Assembly (NCBI GenBank): GCA_030141605.1
Contig: JAQGDQ010000378.1
Span: forward strand, 162,652 to 226,651
Source of the DNA: Tubiluchus corallicola
Lineage: Eukaryota > Animalia > Priapulida
Length of the DNA: 64,000 bases
Direction: 5' to 3'
Made by a program: the position numbers and the translations under genes. Of this stretch, positions 49,649 through 64,000 are shown one piece after another. Under the pieces are notes generated by a model. It saw only the letters and a program-made list of their open reading frames with translations, searched no databases and had not been told where the DNA came from. The first letter of the stretch is position 1. The number at the start of each line of letters is the position of its first letter.

Positions 49649-52600
49649 TTAGAAGTTTTCATCGCTGTCATCATCCTCATCATCATCACTGTCAGCTGAC
49701 TGAGGTTTCTTAAATTGTGTCCTTTTTGCGCTCACAGGTGTACTGCGTCGTATCACCCTTTTCTGGAGAGCTGAAGGAGACGGACTTTTGTCATGACTAG
49801 AAACAGTTTTTCTCGGTCGTGGAGTGGTTGAAGAGCTTGACCTTCGTGGTGGACTTGGAGCAGACGATGTTCTTCGTTCCACGGATTCCTGATGGCGAGG
49901 TGTGGCTGTAATACCAACTTTTTCACGTACAGAAGAAAAACTAGAAAAAAAAAACCTCATTCAAGTAGTAAAACAGTTAGTCAAGTAACTTATCACCCTA
50001 GAGTAATAAATAATAATGCTGATTTCATGTAATATGTTTAATATTAGGTAATTTGTCGTCTTATGTAACTCTCTCTCTATATATACACACACGCACACGC
50101 ACATGCACACGCACACACATACACACATGTATAATTACCTAAGATATATATCTGCTGTTTAACAGAGAAAAGAGAAAAAAGAGAAAGGAACAGCTGCGTG
50201 ATTTACATCTGTGCTTACTGGTCTAGGCTAAGCAACATTTGGCTCAGACGATAAATAAATGGGTAACTGCAGAGAGAACTGCTGAATGGTTTCGAATGCA
50301 GTACTGCCTCTGATATAAGCTATGTTGAAGGAAGATGTGAGCTCTACCAGTTCAGTGTGTCATCTTACAGGCTTATCCTTGACAATGAACTGGGCTCTCT
50401 CTGGTCTTGCCACAATCATCTACATTATGCAGATGGTTTCATTGTTGTCAAACTATGCCGATGAATATTAGGTTTCAATCCCCGCATAATACAGAATGTC
50501 AAACTGATTTCATATGGTTACCATGGATATTTTGCAACTCAAAGCCCTTGGTTCAAATCCAGATTCTGTTTTTCACAGATTTTTTACATTTCCATTTTTC
50601 GTCAAAGTTGGATACAAACCTCTAATCAATAACTGAGTAACGTTGAATTAATCTTAACTCATGTCTCATAATGAACTCGCAAATGATAACTTTCAAGCAG
50701 GAACCAAAGGAAATTTGAGCAAATGTAATAATAAATCACTCAAACCTCTCTTGATTACATTCCTCTTTCTGAAGATACTTTTCCCGCAGCAAATGGCCTC
50801 TAATAGCTGACTGTATCGATGTGATCACCTCGTCATCATAGAGCTCCTCGTCTGAATTACGTGAAGCCTTCTCTTTTTGTCGCCACTTCTGCACCTGTTG
50901 ACTCCTTTGGATATACCCCCTGAGGGCCGACTGAAGAAGAATTGTGGATGTCTCATCAGCATAGAGTCCTTCCTGGTCCTATCGGGTAGTGAGAGTAAAA
51001 AAATAAAGAACGGGGAAATACAAATGCACAAAAATTAACCTTGCATCAAAGATTGCGAACTTGGACGGTTTTGCAGCACTAAATAACTTTAAAATGAATT
51101 CCAGCAGGCAGTTAAGGCACATAACACTGCCATGTTACATGTATTATATTTAGAGTATCAATTTAAACTCTTAAGGTTCAAAAAAGCAAGTTGTTATTCA
51201 GAGAAAAACAACAAAATATGCTAATGTGCTGAAATGTTCTGGCCCTCTACTGTGAATAACGTTATTCATATTTTGCATTCAAATTTAGCAGTTAAGGATG
51301 GAGCTAAAAGGAAGTAGCAAGATATAATGTAATAATAGCAATTCAGGTCTGTTTTTATTCCTTAAATGAGTTTTATAACACTTTCTGACAGGCGGCAGTT
51401 AGGCTTTCATCTTTTAAAAGGCTAAACCATTTAATCAGTTACTAAAATGTTGTCATGCATAAACCCATTAACTCACTGCAAACTGATAACTATACCATTT
51501 GTAATCTGTACGTCTTCCAATGCCTTTGTATTTTCTTAGCCGCATTTTTTTGCCTCAAATCTTCAATTTTGGCTTCAAGTGCATTGTCACCATATGTACC
51601 ATCAGTGACCACTTCAGTATCTGACCCAAGTTTTTGGCAAATTAAGTCGTCTCTTTTTTTCTGAACCCTGTTAAGGCTCTCGAGATCTTCAGCAGTGTCC
51701 GTGTGAGTCGTTATCTCTTCCGTGTGAGATGCTATCTCTGGCAGGTTGCACAGAGACAAGTTTGAACTGAAACTTGTCTTTTCAAATGTATTCCAACTGT
51801 CCATATTTGGTAAAGATGACACGCCTACAGATTCGTTGTCCGGTTGCAATGATAAACTTAAACTTAACACTGACAATCCACATTCATCCGAGATTGCTGG
51901 TGCCGTGTCCAAAGACTTGGTTTCAATGGCACCTTGTTGCAAGACTATTTCTGAATAGCCTGGTTCAAATGGCTGCGATTTTGATTGATGGGGTGTTTGT
52001 AAACTCTGTGCAAAAAGAAAACAAAACTAGCCACACGTGCAAACAACAATCTAGAAAAAATGGTGAAAACGATTTGAGAGTTTGCTTATTATTTAACCCC
52101 CATTAATCGCCATCTAACTTTCAAGGCAATATCAACCAAAAAACTTAGACAGACGTGTGGCGATCATTCATATGTATTAAGAGGACATAAATTTTATCAG
52201 CATTAACTTTACTGATCCAAAATAGCTGCTATTTAACACTTTGCTACATGCGACATTTTAGTAACAAGATGACATCAATGTTAACGCCAGCGAATTTAAA
52301 AAGAAATTCATTAACCTTATAGAAAATTTTAGCAAAAAATGTTTTATCCTTGAAATTACACTTTATATCTGAAATGTTTCACACATTTTAAGTTTAAAGT
52401 CAGTGTTTAATACTAACAGAACTTGTTTTTTCTTTCAAATACGTTACCCCCTCCCAATGACCCAAAACAAAACTCTCTTGGTAAAAAGCCATTTTCTGCC
52501 ATGTGCTAAAATATAACTGTACAACGAATCTTTTCAGACCACACGTGTGAAGAGCAAAAACATGGCACAATCAAACAAAAGACCAAAAGGAGTATATTTG

Positions 52601-55600
52601 TAAAGCTAAAAGCCTCACCGTTCTGCGTCGAGCTATTGGTCTAACTGAGTGACTTTCATTTCTTGTTACCCGTTCAGAAGGCTTGGCAACATCTTCCTCA
52701 TCGCTGCTAATTTCAGAACTTCTCCTTTTTGATGACCTAAAACATTTTCACCTCTGTTTAAATCAATTCAAAATACACTGCTTACATGCGCTGCTATATT
52801 TTAAACGATTAAGTTTAAGTTTGTTTTACTTTTCTACAGCTGACTATCCATATATAAATGCTTTAGCACACTTTACAATAGTTATAATTCTAATGTTACA
52901 TACTAAGATAACAAATTTACATAAAATTATAAGCTGTATAAAGTGGGTGCAAAATACATCAAGAAAATAAAACTATTAAAACCAGTGAGTTTGCAATTTA
53001 GATAAAAATATTAAAAATTTGCAGTATGAAGCTAAAAAGTTTCTAACTGTGCAAATATTTCAAACAAGTAAGTATTCAATTCACGATATATATAATTAAA
53101 TCTATGAAATTACAAAGACGATCTAAAATAATCTTTAGGAATCACAAAAAGCTTTTAAGAAGAAGTGAGTTTTTAATTTGGATTTATTTTTTAATGTGTA
53201 CAATAAAACATTTTTTGGTCTTAGTTTAAACATCAAATGAGGATTGGTTTCCTTACATACAACCCTGAAACTCGTAGTCTTATACTTACTTGTGACTTTT
53301 ATGCATTTTAAAAGGCATCAATTACGGGATGCATACCTGCTACGTCGGCGGTTGTCCCTAGGAGTCTGATCGGTTAAAGAAAGTCTAGGATCACTTAGAG
53401 GCCTTTCTTTTCCGGAACGCAAATCAGCTTGTCTGTCGTCTAACTCCTTCTTTAAACGTTTTATCTCTTTGCTGAAAATATTTTGTAAAGACAGTTCTAT
53501 AACGATTCGGTAGAAATTCCTTTTGTGCATAAGATACACATTAAACCCACGTTACATTATGAGAACCAAATCAAATTACAGTAAGTCCTTGCTTAGTGAC
53601 TCTAATGAGTTCCAGCAAAATGTGGCATTAAGCGAAATGTCACTTCCATAGTAAGTAATGTAAAGGAATTGAGGTATGTTCCAGAACTAAAAATCAATGC
53701 TGCTTAAGTCATACAAATTAAACATTTTATGAGTTTTATTCATATTTCTACAGATTAATTTCTTTCAGTTTGCTTGACACCGCCTATCTTTCTTACCAGT
53801 ATCTAGACAGACTTGCCAACGATTTCTCTTTCCTTAACGCTGAAACCTATATAGGCAGTTAGCGGTTGAACACTGTGTAGTGAAAGCACTAATCTACTTG
53901 TTATAGCAATAAGTTGCAGACAAAATTCTTGGCATAAAGTTTAGACTCAGGTGTTGCTTGATACAAACAGTTAGAATTTACTACGTAATAAAAACATTAT
54001 AATAATTGCATTGTTTAGGGTACTAATGCATTTTTAGAACAGAATAATGCAGTATGTTCCATTTTAATGCTTCAATCCGATAAAAAAGTTGTTGATAAAA
54101 TAAAAATGGTTGAGCAAAGTAAAAAAATCACCATTAAAATAAAAAGTGCATCGTTAAGTGAGAAAAAGGTGTCAAATGTTTAGTGTCGTTAAAAGAAACA
54201 TGACTAAACGGGATGTCGTAAGGGAGGAATTACTGTAAATAAAGTCTGATGTTATTACTCACTTTTTCATGTCAAGTTGCTGCCTGTAATGAGTTCTGTC
54301 CTGACGCAGCCTCCGCACCACACCTCGTAGTTTTTCCCTCTCCTGCAGTAACTCTGTTTCCCGCTGATCCAGCTGATGCGCACACTCCTCAGCTGTTCCA
54401 TGTGGTTTCAGTTTACCTGTGAATTATTGTTACTAATCAGTGCATCTCAATCAGATACATAAACCTCTTTGAAGGGCAGTCTAAATCTTACTGCTTAATT
54501 CAGTCCTTTGACCACCAAACCTGCCAAGTCTTCAATTATAACTGGCAATTGGCATGTATGGCATCTAATTTATGATTTGCTTGTTCTAGCACTAAAGTAA
54601 GTTTTTAGGTTTGTTTTAAATTTAAGATACTGTGTTCTATTTTATATTTTAACTGCTACTAACATGCCAGGGACCATTATGGAAATATTATGTATGCAAG
54701 TTAATGTGCACTGTGCAAAAATCCTATTCTATTCTATTCCATTCCATTCTATTCTATTCTCTTCTATTCTATCCTTACCATTTTGTTGCATTTGTAATAT
54801 GATGCTTAGTTAACTGAACTTAGACAGCATAGCAATCTTAATGGAATCAGCACAGTAAAACCACCATAAATCAAAGTAACCACTAATTAGATTATTTAAA
54901 TTTGAGCTTTTTTATAGTGTAATATCAAATCACAAGTAACAAAAGTGACAGCATACACAGTAATGAAGCCTATTTTGAAATTTCGAGTTTATAATCAAAG
55001 TTGTCAATTCAAACATATTCTTTCAGTAATTGTTTGTAAAAATGGGTAACAAAACATTGCTTATTTTGACTACATCGAATGACTACTTTGCTTAAAATCT
55101 AAAAATTTCAAGATAGACTTCATTGCTGTTAATATAAAGTCACCTTAGCTATTTGTGATCATTGAGTTACACTTTGAACCTTTAAATTTAAATAAAAATT
55201 TTTAATCATTATTTTGACTTCGGCAACAGCTTTATGACAGTTAAGTGAACGCGAAGTGATCTCACCTTTAAAATGATTTTACTAGTCACACGAAGCGCTT
55301 ATTGCACTTTTACTACTAAATCCTTCTAATATTTTTTCCGAATATTGAAATAGGCCTGTCTTCCCAGATGGCATCGTCTTTCCTTTAATCATAGTCATTT
55401 ATTCCTAGTTATTGGACAGTATCTGTGTGCTAAGCAAGTAATCAACTGTTGAATTGTTTACATCAAAGTTACCAAATAAATACAGCTATGATCGCTATAC
55501 CAATCCATTACACTGTTATTATATTTAATTTGCACTTTAGTTCCTTATGCATCTTCTAATTAAGCAATAAAAATGTCATAATTCTGAGGTGTTGAAAGGT

Positions 55601-58600
55601 AAGTAAGTAGATTTCACTATTGTCATGAATTCATTTAAAACTTCTTTCATTCTTTCATTAAAAAACAGAATTTTTTGCCACATCAGTTATTAAAATAAAC
55701 AGTTACAAATTTAAAAAAAACGAAAATGATTTCACTCTACATGTCAAGTTACCTTCTACATTTTCGTCATTCACTGCTTTACTGAACCAGTCATGTTTTT
55801 CTTCTTTTTCTTGTCTCACCTTTTCCAGTTCCTGCAATGAAATATTATTACAAGTAAATAAAACAAACTTAAGCATATACAAATTAATGTGAAAATAGAT
55901 TGAAAATAGATAATAGTAGTTTTGATGAAATGTTGTGTAGTGCGTGACTAAAGTTAAACAATGCTGAGGCGGGTTAGTAAATGGATATGTGCTGGCCGGC
56001 TCCACACTCACTCTAGGAATTTTATTTCTTTATACTGATTCTGCGTGTTTACTATCTCTTAGAGGTAAATTACTCTCATTCAAAAATCAATAAGATATCT
56101 CTGTCAGTCCTACGACTCTTAAGAGGCATTTACCTGACATCCGGAATGCGTATGCATTATGCAGATGTGAAATAGATAAAATCGGTTTATACTGTTTTTA
56201 ATGCACCCGTTTATCACACTTGCGTTGTGTTATTTTTTCTGCAGCCATTTTCTATTGATTTTTAACGTATCTTTATTACACAATTTTTTATACTATTCTG
56301 CAGGTGGACAACACATAACCTATACGCATTGTGGATGCCAGGTAAGTGCCACTCAAGAGGATTCACATTAAGAAGAAGCTAGGTTCCAGTCCCACCATAC
56401 CCACCTACATTAAGTAAGCCTTGCAAGCATTTCCAGCTTGCAGAGTGCCAACAGCATAAGAAAAAATATCTTCACTTTAATTATCTCATAAAAAATAGCT
56501 GATTCCTCAGTCTCAATCTTTGATCCTTTGTTATATTTCTATCTGACAAATCACATTCAGTAAATTGTATAACTCATAGGAATCACTCCTATATTTAAAG
56601 GCCTATATAACCCCAAAGAAGTTTTTTTAATACATTATTATGATTACACAAGGAATTCATAGTTATTATTAAACAAAAGAGACTTATAAATTAAACAACT
56701 TGCCTTTTTATAGTGAACTTCGAATGTGTGGATTGCCGTAAAGATCGCCATGCTTTGCTTGTTGGGTAGGAGTGAGCGAGAATCAGGGGTGATATAAGGT
56801 ATAGAAAGAGTCTTTGGTTACCGATGTTTCTTTACTGATCTTTGGTGACCTCGTGACTGTACTCATAACGTAACTCATCTCGCGCAACGAAAAATGGTGG
56901 TTCTTGAAATTGAATACAGGCTAACAACAGGGTGATAAAGAATCAAAAGAAACAAGTTTTACAGTAAGTTTATAATAAAATAAATTGAATGTTCGTAATG
57001 AGAGTAGGATAAGTTGAGACTAGTGATAAGTTGTAAAAGTTTATATCATAGTGAGGGTTTAGTCTGACTTTAATGTAAACATCAAAAGAAAACATAATTT
57101 GACTTAACTTTGTCACACAATTCTACTTGAGTGGCTCATATTAGTTAATTCTGACACAAACTACAAAATATAGACACTGGAAAAGTCACAACTGCTCTGA
57201 TAACATCGCGTAACTTTTAGAATTTCACGAAATCCTACCTTCTTGAGCTGAGAGATAGTCTCGAGCAACTTTGATTTTGCATTTTCAGATTTTAACTCTG
57301 CAAGTACAAAATATACATGTTAATTATTTGAACTAATCATCATTACATTAAGCTACTGATTATAAACACTTTCATCAGTAAAATGGTTCAGAAATTAATT
57401 TACAAGTTATAGCTTTCAAAATGTTGCCAAAAAACAGGGTTTGCAAAACCAAACTAAAATCACAAAATAATTAACGCTTGTCAATGATATAAAAGTGCAT
57501 GTATCATGGAATTATATGAGTGGTAGTAATTTGCACTTAATAGCTGAACTTAAGTGCAGCTAGACTTGAATAGAAAATGAATGGGGTTGATCAACAGAAA
57601 CAATGCTTAAGAGATTCATGAATCACCTGAGTCAACAATATAAGGTCAATAAAAATGCAAAACAAAAAAATCATTACAACTTTCAACTATCAACTGCTGA
57701 GAAAATTAAATACTATCACCAAGGGCATCTAAATGCACAACAGGCAGACAAAAATAAATGCAATAAATTAATACATTTAACCTCGTTACATACCTTTTGC
57801 CCTATCAAGAGTAGAGTCGAGTGCTTTTTCCAAGTTTTGCTTCAACGCCCTGTTTTCATTGGCGACCTTTTGATTTTCTTTTCGGAGTTTTTTTACCGTC
57901 CTGTTTGCCGTTTGTAACTCAAGCATATGTTCTTTTGCAGCTTGAGTATGCCTACACCAATAAGAAAAAACCGTTGTACTGCTAAAACAAAAAGTAATGG
58001 TAAAAATTCCAAAGTTCGTTTTTAGTAAAACTATATAAACAAGTATACCGATTAGTCACATCTGGGTTCGGAGATACAGCAGAAGCAGTAAGTTCAGCTT
58101 TCAATCTCAATGTCTCTTGGTAATAAACCTCGGCTTGAACTCGCAGTTCTTCAAGTTTTGTTGTTTTTATGTCACCTTCCAACTTCCTAAGAAAGCAATA
58201 ATATTACCTAAGTCTCTGGAGAGCACATGTGATTTAAAACAAATTTGAATGGGTTTAGTTACCTTTCAATTCGAAATTTTTCCTGAGCATTAAGCACGGG
58301 TCTTAAAAAAATTGGTTTTTTATTCGTTCACTCCATCCACCACACTTTTCAACTTCAAAAGTATTTTTTTGTTAATTAATTTCAAATTGAACCCAATTCA
58401 AAGTGTTAATTCAAATGAGTTGAAATTTCTTATGGTGACTAGTTGCAATATCCTTTGTTCAAAACAAAAAACTAGCAGCAATTTGTTGATAATTAATTAA
58501 TTAGAACTCTTTGATTAATTAATTTTAATTTGATTAAAATTGCGTCTTCCCATGATCCAATCCAGTTGAAATTTGACAATATGATTAGCAAGAATGTCTT

Positions 58601-61600
58601 TGGTTAAAAATATCTCCAAAATCATCATTTTCAAGATCATCGTTAACGTCATCGGCAGCTCTGTCTCATCATCAGCATTTAAGATACAGATTTATAACTA
58701 ACTTTATACTAACATAACCATCAAACAGTTATCATGAAATATTTTTCATTTTCATTCATCACATTTATCGTGCTCTCATTATTTAAAATAATTACTTATA
58801 TCTAATTAATTATTTAGGTATAGATGACTAACTTTTACACTAACATATTCATTGTACAGTTATCATGTAATCAATTTACTAACATGTTAATTGTATATTT
58901 ATCCTGTAACATCTCTCAGTTTTGTTTCTCATATTTATCATGTTCTAATTATTTAAATAATTTTTGACTCACACTAATAATAATCTTTAGAACTTGTCTT
59001 GTCTCTCCCGCTTGCTTCTTAATCAAAAAGTCCAAACTTTTCAATTATGTTACAATCGTCACCACCACAAACTTCATCACTACCATTATAGAGTAATTTT
59101 TTTTGGTAACATATTCTTTTGGATTGACTTTATAGACCTTCAAGGTCAAAGTCAATAATAAGAATATCAAGTGCTTTCAAGAATGACAAATGCAAAAACT
59201 TTCTCAATGGCCTTGGAAATAAAATGCGAATTCTTTTGCATATGCTAAAAAATTAACCCGACCAATCTTTAAGCTTAAACATGAAATCAACATAGACATG
59301 CTGTAACAAATTTTAGATATTTTTATGCCATCTCTTAAAGCTATAAACAGTCAGATATAAGACTTTATAACAGATGAAACCAAAAACATGGTCATCCATC
59401 CATTTAATAATCAAAACCTGGCAGTTTTAATCTTCATAGTGAAACACAAACTACATAAACACAATGATTACAAAAATTTGCATTAACTATGATGAACTTT
59501 GCATCAATAAAGTCTATACAAAAGTAAATACTATGTAGATTAAAAACAAAAATTTACCTCACTGACTTCTCTTTCTCTTTCAGGCTTTGCTCCAGTTTCA
59601 ATATTCGGTGTTTTAATCTATTTATCACCTAAAAGACAAAATGGAAACAATGAGCATAACTGCATTAATTACAAAAAAGTTTACGCATGCCTGCTGTCAT
59701 TCTGATGGGTACAATGATAAAATGACAAAATGTGTCAATTAACAGCAACACGTATGTGCAAAATCACAAAAACTGAGCAGCTTATTAAGACGTAACAACA
59801 GGACAGAATCTGACAAACAATAAATCACGCATCACAACATGTATCTGTTAAGTTCACTACGACGTAATGTATTACCCTAGCTGACACAAACCGTAATAGT
59901 TACTAGTCAAATTCATTTGCCATAGAAAACCAAAAAAATCATACATACAGCAACGGAGTCAGCTTGTTTACTAGGATACGTCCGTAAAGCCACATCTCCG
60001 TTCACCGGTTCCAACAATTCTTGTAACTGTTTATCCTGGTGAAAGAGAACACAAAAATTACCATAGAATTCAGGTCCAATTTCACTGTGATGATACAGTT
60101 AGTCAAACAATGAACATATGCAAAGCATGTTGTTTTTACTACTGTTTAAAATATAAATTCTCTTTCAAAAGCACATAAAAAGAATTTTTAGGAATAAACA
60201 ACTTTCACAAATAAAATAAAGCAAAATTTACAAATATGACTAGGAGTGAGCTTTTTTAAGCAAGGATTTACGATGCACTTACAAACGTCATCTATATTAG
60301 ACTACAAAAATTATTACAAACTGCTAACAGAAATACTGCATCTTCCACCAGGTAACTACCATCACCACTAAGTAACCAACTATATAGTCCCTCTAGGTAA
60401 TCAAAGAGAAAATTACCTTTTTTGAATTTTCTTCTTCCAGGCGACGAATTTTAGTTTTCATAACTGAACTCTCTCCCTCAGCATACTGTAATACCTGCAA
60501 GTCAAAATTATAATTTTTGAGGTTTAATACCGGTAAATGATACTGCAACGATATAAAAAAAAAAACAATACGTAGTAAAAATACACATGGTTTCTAATGT
60601 GCTATGCTGGAAAAAAGAATATTCTGAAAAGATGTATGTGTTAGTCAGTATATAATACATGTAGTTAGGATTATCTAAACTGCAAAGTTTGTAATAAATC
60701 ATTTCTGCATGACTGCTTCTACTACAAAATGCAGTAGTATAACTACTAAACAGATAATCTCTACCTTCTTCAGTTGAATAATTTCATCATACATCTCTAA
60801 TGGATCTTTTCCATTTGGTCCCAATGGGGCACCACCTCGCCCTGAAATTCCAATACAATGTTGAACACGTGACAAAATTGATCTACTCAGAAATTAAAAG
60901 GCCAGTATTCAGTTATAAAAACTAACAATGAAGTTTCCTAGAAAGTTAGACATCAGATTTAGTGACCAATCGTCGCCAGTGATACAAAAAGTAAAAAGTT
61001 TCAAACAAATTGGCTTTCAAAAAACATTTACAAGGTCAGTTACCTGTAGCACTGCTGCTATGAGGTCGTTTGTTCAATCCATTAGTCATGACCGTCTGTC
61101 TTAAGTAGTCTGAAGTGCTGAGGAACGGAATGTTTGACATAGACGTGGAAAATTTGCCAGTGGGGTTATTCTTATTTCTGACATTTAGTGCTATAACAGA
61201 AAACAGAAGTAGCTATATGTTACCTTCATGCTAAAGTTAGCATAAAGTGTTGTTCATCAGACATCTGGCATTGTGTATTCATTATTGCATTAAATACAAA
61301 AAATACTCAATGCTATATTTTTTTAATGTACCTGTTTATCAGGCCTGTATTATTGTGTATTGGACCATGAAGATGCAAAAAAATTTCACTTACTGTAGCA
61401 ATCATTCCAAACAGGGTTGCGGAGAAGGTCACGTGACACTTCTTACTTGGCAGTGAAATACTACTGTATATGTATTCTAGCAAAAATTCAAAACAATATG
61501 CATTCCATTCCACATATCTGGTGAAAACCCTTGCATTATATCACAACTGTTTTGAAGAGGTTTATAATGCATACACAATTACAAATGTCTGGTAAACGAG

Positions 61601-63320
61601 GCTTAAAGAAGTATGAAAGGTTAAAAGTTGCTTCTCGATTACAAACAATGCCACTATAAAAAGCCACTGCTTCTTAAAAACTACATAACAACTCACTTCC
61701 TCTTTTCATGGATTCCATCCAGTATTCCCTTCCTACTTTGTAGTTACCATTTTCGGCTCTTAGCTTGCCAGTACTTGCACTTCTTCTAGCACCTGTTGAT
61801 GTACAGTCACAAAAACATAAAGTATTTAACATTGAAAAAAGCAAGAAATGTCTCGCTCAAATTTATATGTTATGGTACTCAAGTAGTACTTAGTAATTAA
61901 GTTATTATACCCAAGCTAACAAAAATGAATTACGAATTTTCGAAGAACATAAAAGCAATGAACGTGTCTAAACTCTAGACTCCACATGGTCAAAAACTTA
62001 CATAGTTTTAGATAACTAACTGATGACATTAAAAGGTATTTTCCTTTAACATCAACTATACCTAAATCTGAAAAGTCTGAACATGAGCATGTAGAGGTTG
62101 TGGGTTCAATGCTCAGCCAAGTCAAACCAAAGGCACAAAAAATGGTACTGCTGGTTCTTTGACCAAACACACGCAAGTTTTGTCGCAGTAACATGTTGGT
62201 AATAATAAACGCAAACTTGGAAATAATCTATTTATCAAGTTACTTTAGGTGTTTGTATGTCTGGATTATGTCCTCAACAAATTATTATACTAAGCGAATC
62301 TACCTCACTTTGGTCTGTTATTGCTATTAAATTGTATCTGCATTGAAATGCACTATGTGTGTGTGGCGTTTGATCTGAGCTTCAAGTGTGTTTTTTATGC
62401 CTGCACTACATGTGACCAGTAGCGATCTTAGTCAGTAATCTTTCACCAGATGTGTAGCCAGGTTTTAAAGTTAAGGGGAGCAAGCACATCCAAAAAGGCG
62501 CTGTAACATATGAAGTAATTATATGTTTGTCTATGCCACAACAGACAACATTCTTGTCGGCTTTTGCTCAAATTTAAACTAGAAATTAATTTTTAGACAT
62601 ATGAAATAAACAAAAAATGAAATGAGTCAAACTAGGTGAATTTCATCAGTTAGAGAGTAACTTTCATTTAAATGAACAGCGATTTAAGGCGATCGTTTAG
62701 GATAGGTGAGCTGTGAATACAGTTCAGAAGATCAAATATTTGTATTTTTAATAACTAAGGTTTGTTGTTGACAGGAAAAAACATAATGGAGTGGTGTGCA
62801 ATCAAAATAGAAGCTATTTCTATTTTAAAACACGTACCAGTGTCGCAATGAACGTGCATGCCACACACTGCTAGTGTAGCTGGAATAAGTTGTTTTAATT
62901 ATTCACAAAAATGTAGTGTGCATAGTGCACCTTCCATGCAGATGCACCTTTAGTCATACCTGGTTTTCTTTGCTGATTAACTTTCTTCGGTTGTTCTGGA
63001 ATTAAAGAATATTAAAATTATCAGAAACTCACCTAAAACGGTTAAAAAAACATGCAAGTAACTTTCTGATCAACTATACAATAATCAAATGTGTAATAAT
63101 GTATTACCAAACTCAGAATGTTTGCTACGGTGTTTTAAAATATAAAACACAGTTATTTTTGATGCAACATAGTCAACGTACCAGTAAAATTAAGAGTTGA
63201 TGCTGGAGATTCGGACCTTGTATATTGCATAGTTGCTGTACTATCTGTATCCTTCATGTTGCGCTGTGGAGTTACTGCTGAAACGTCGTCAGAATCGGAG
63301 GAATAATGATCCGCCGATGA
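49649..63320 (-). CDS. IQCE: IQ domain-containing protein E (IQCE)-like, 18 exons, start codon not located
   Basis: Phase-consistent exons 63182-63320, 62960-62995, 61697-61792, 61044-61190, 60765-60841, 60417-60494, 59949-60035, 59558-59628, 58049-58186, 57794-57951, 57239-57297, 55753-55831, 54263-54416, 53337-53471, 52619-52736, 51496-52005, 50746-50978, 49649-49940. EMYDEIIQLKK, MKTKIRRLEEENSKKDKQLQELLEP, VINRLKHRILKLEQSLKEKE and KLEGDIKTTKLEELRVQAEVYYQETLRL match the IQCE coiled-coil as recalled; IQ motifs LQSALRGYIQR and IQSAIRGHLLR; acidic tail. Confidence 0.87.
50070..50128. repeat. Compound (CT)/(TA)/(CA) microsatellite
   Basis: Directly visible. Confidence 0.8.
54724..54772. repeat. 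(ATTCT)n pentanucleotide repeat
   Basis: About 9 imperfect ATTCT/ATTCC units. Confidence 0.85.
56116..56359. mobile_element. Small MITE-like inverted-repeat element in IQCE intron
   Basis: CTCTTAAGAGGCATTTACCTGACATCCGGAATGCGTAT ... ATACGCATTGTGGATGCCAGGTAAGTGCCACTCAAGAG, about 40-bp imperfect TIRs. Confidence 0.65.
62090..62180 (+). mobile_element. tRNA-derived SINE-like fragment
   Basis: GAGGTTGTGGGTTCAATGCTCAGCCAAGTCAAACCAAAGGCACAAAAAATGGTACT: B-box-like GGGTTCAA followed by a SINE-core-like tract. Confidence 0.35.
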
Positions 63321-64000
63321 CTATAACAATGCGTGACATGAATTTTTCAACACAAGTAACAATTATGACTCAGTAATTTCTATGAAACCTACTTATTTTC
63401 ACAGTTTAATTAATTTGCAATCATAGACATCAGTATCAAATTTTCCTGCACCAGGGTGAGGCATTTATGAAATTCTTGGGAATGCTTTGCAGTGTTCCTG
63501 AGACTGTTATTCATCACTATTAAAATACAAATGTTTTTTCACTAAAAGACATTTCACTAAAACCTTTTTCAAGAACAATCAAAATCATATGGCTGAATAA
63601 AAAGGTCCAACAAATTACACAAAGACTGGAACTGCTGCCTTTATTTTGGCCATTACAAGATAGTTTTCCAATATGTTCGGGCAAAATGACCAAGCACATA
63701 ACAGTGCTAAAAATGTATTTATTAGCCAATATAAATTTTCTTTAGTTCGTGGAATTATTTCTTAGTTTATTTTATTTCCAAAATGCCAATAAGTACAACA
63801 TTGTTATAATATTTATATAGAAACTGTTACTACAACAAATAAACAAAATTTAAATTCACCATAAATTGATATAACGACTCAGGCCAAGACAGACTTAGAC
63901 AGGACTGAGCAGAAAGCAATTTAATGGAAAAAGAAGATGTAATAGATGTAAGGGATAAAAAAGCAAAAAAATGAAATACAAGGGTGGTGGTAAGGATAAG

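Noticed and set aside
56822-56902. Possible 81-nt alternative IQCE exon (AAG acceptor, GTAACC donor)
   Set aside because: Not needed for frame, weak splice sites and no recognisable homology.

Overview
AT-rich, intron-containing animal (probably invertebrate) genomic DNA with three spliced genes, reconstructed by hand from GT-AG sites and reading-frame phase. (1) The 3' part of a TGFBRAP1/Vps3-like CORVET subunit gene lies on + (9 exons, 841..9774). (2) A NHERF/EBP50/Sip1-family gene lies on - (ATG 42871, stop 14943, 20 coding exons). It carries 17 NHERF-type PDZ domains and ends in a typical ERM-binding tail, about 2,298 aa if all exons are joined. (3) Most of an IQCE-like gene lies on - (18 exons, 63320..49649; start not located). 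The main finding is the PDZ array. PDZ3-16 are 14 one-exon-per-domain, phase-0 cassettes, 10 of them with atypical AAG acceptors and three (PDZ7-9) near-identical recent copies. The array is bracketed by two PDZs split by an intron at the same codon, so a normal 2-PDZ NHERF and many longer isoforms could come from one locus. Splicing outcomes are inference because there is no transcript evidence. Introns and intergenic DNA contain MITEs, degenerate RTE and CR1 LINE fragments, SINE-like pieces and small tandem repeats.
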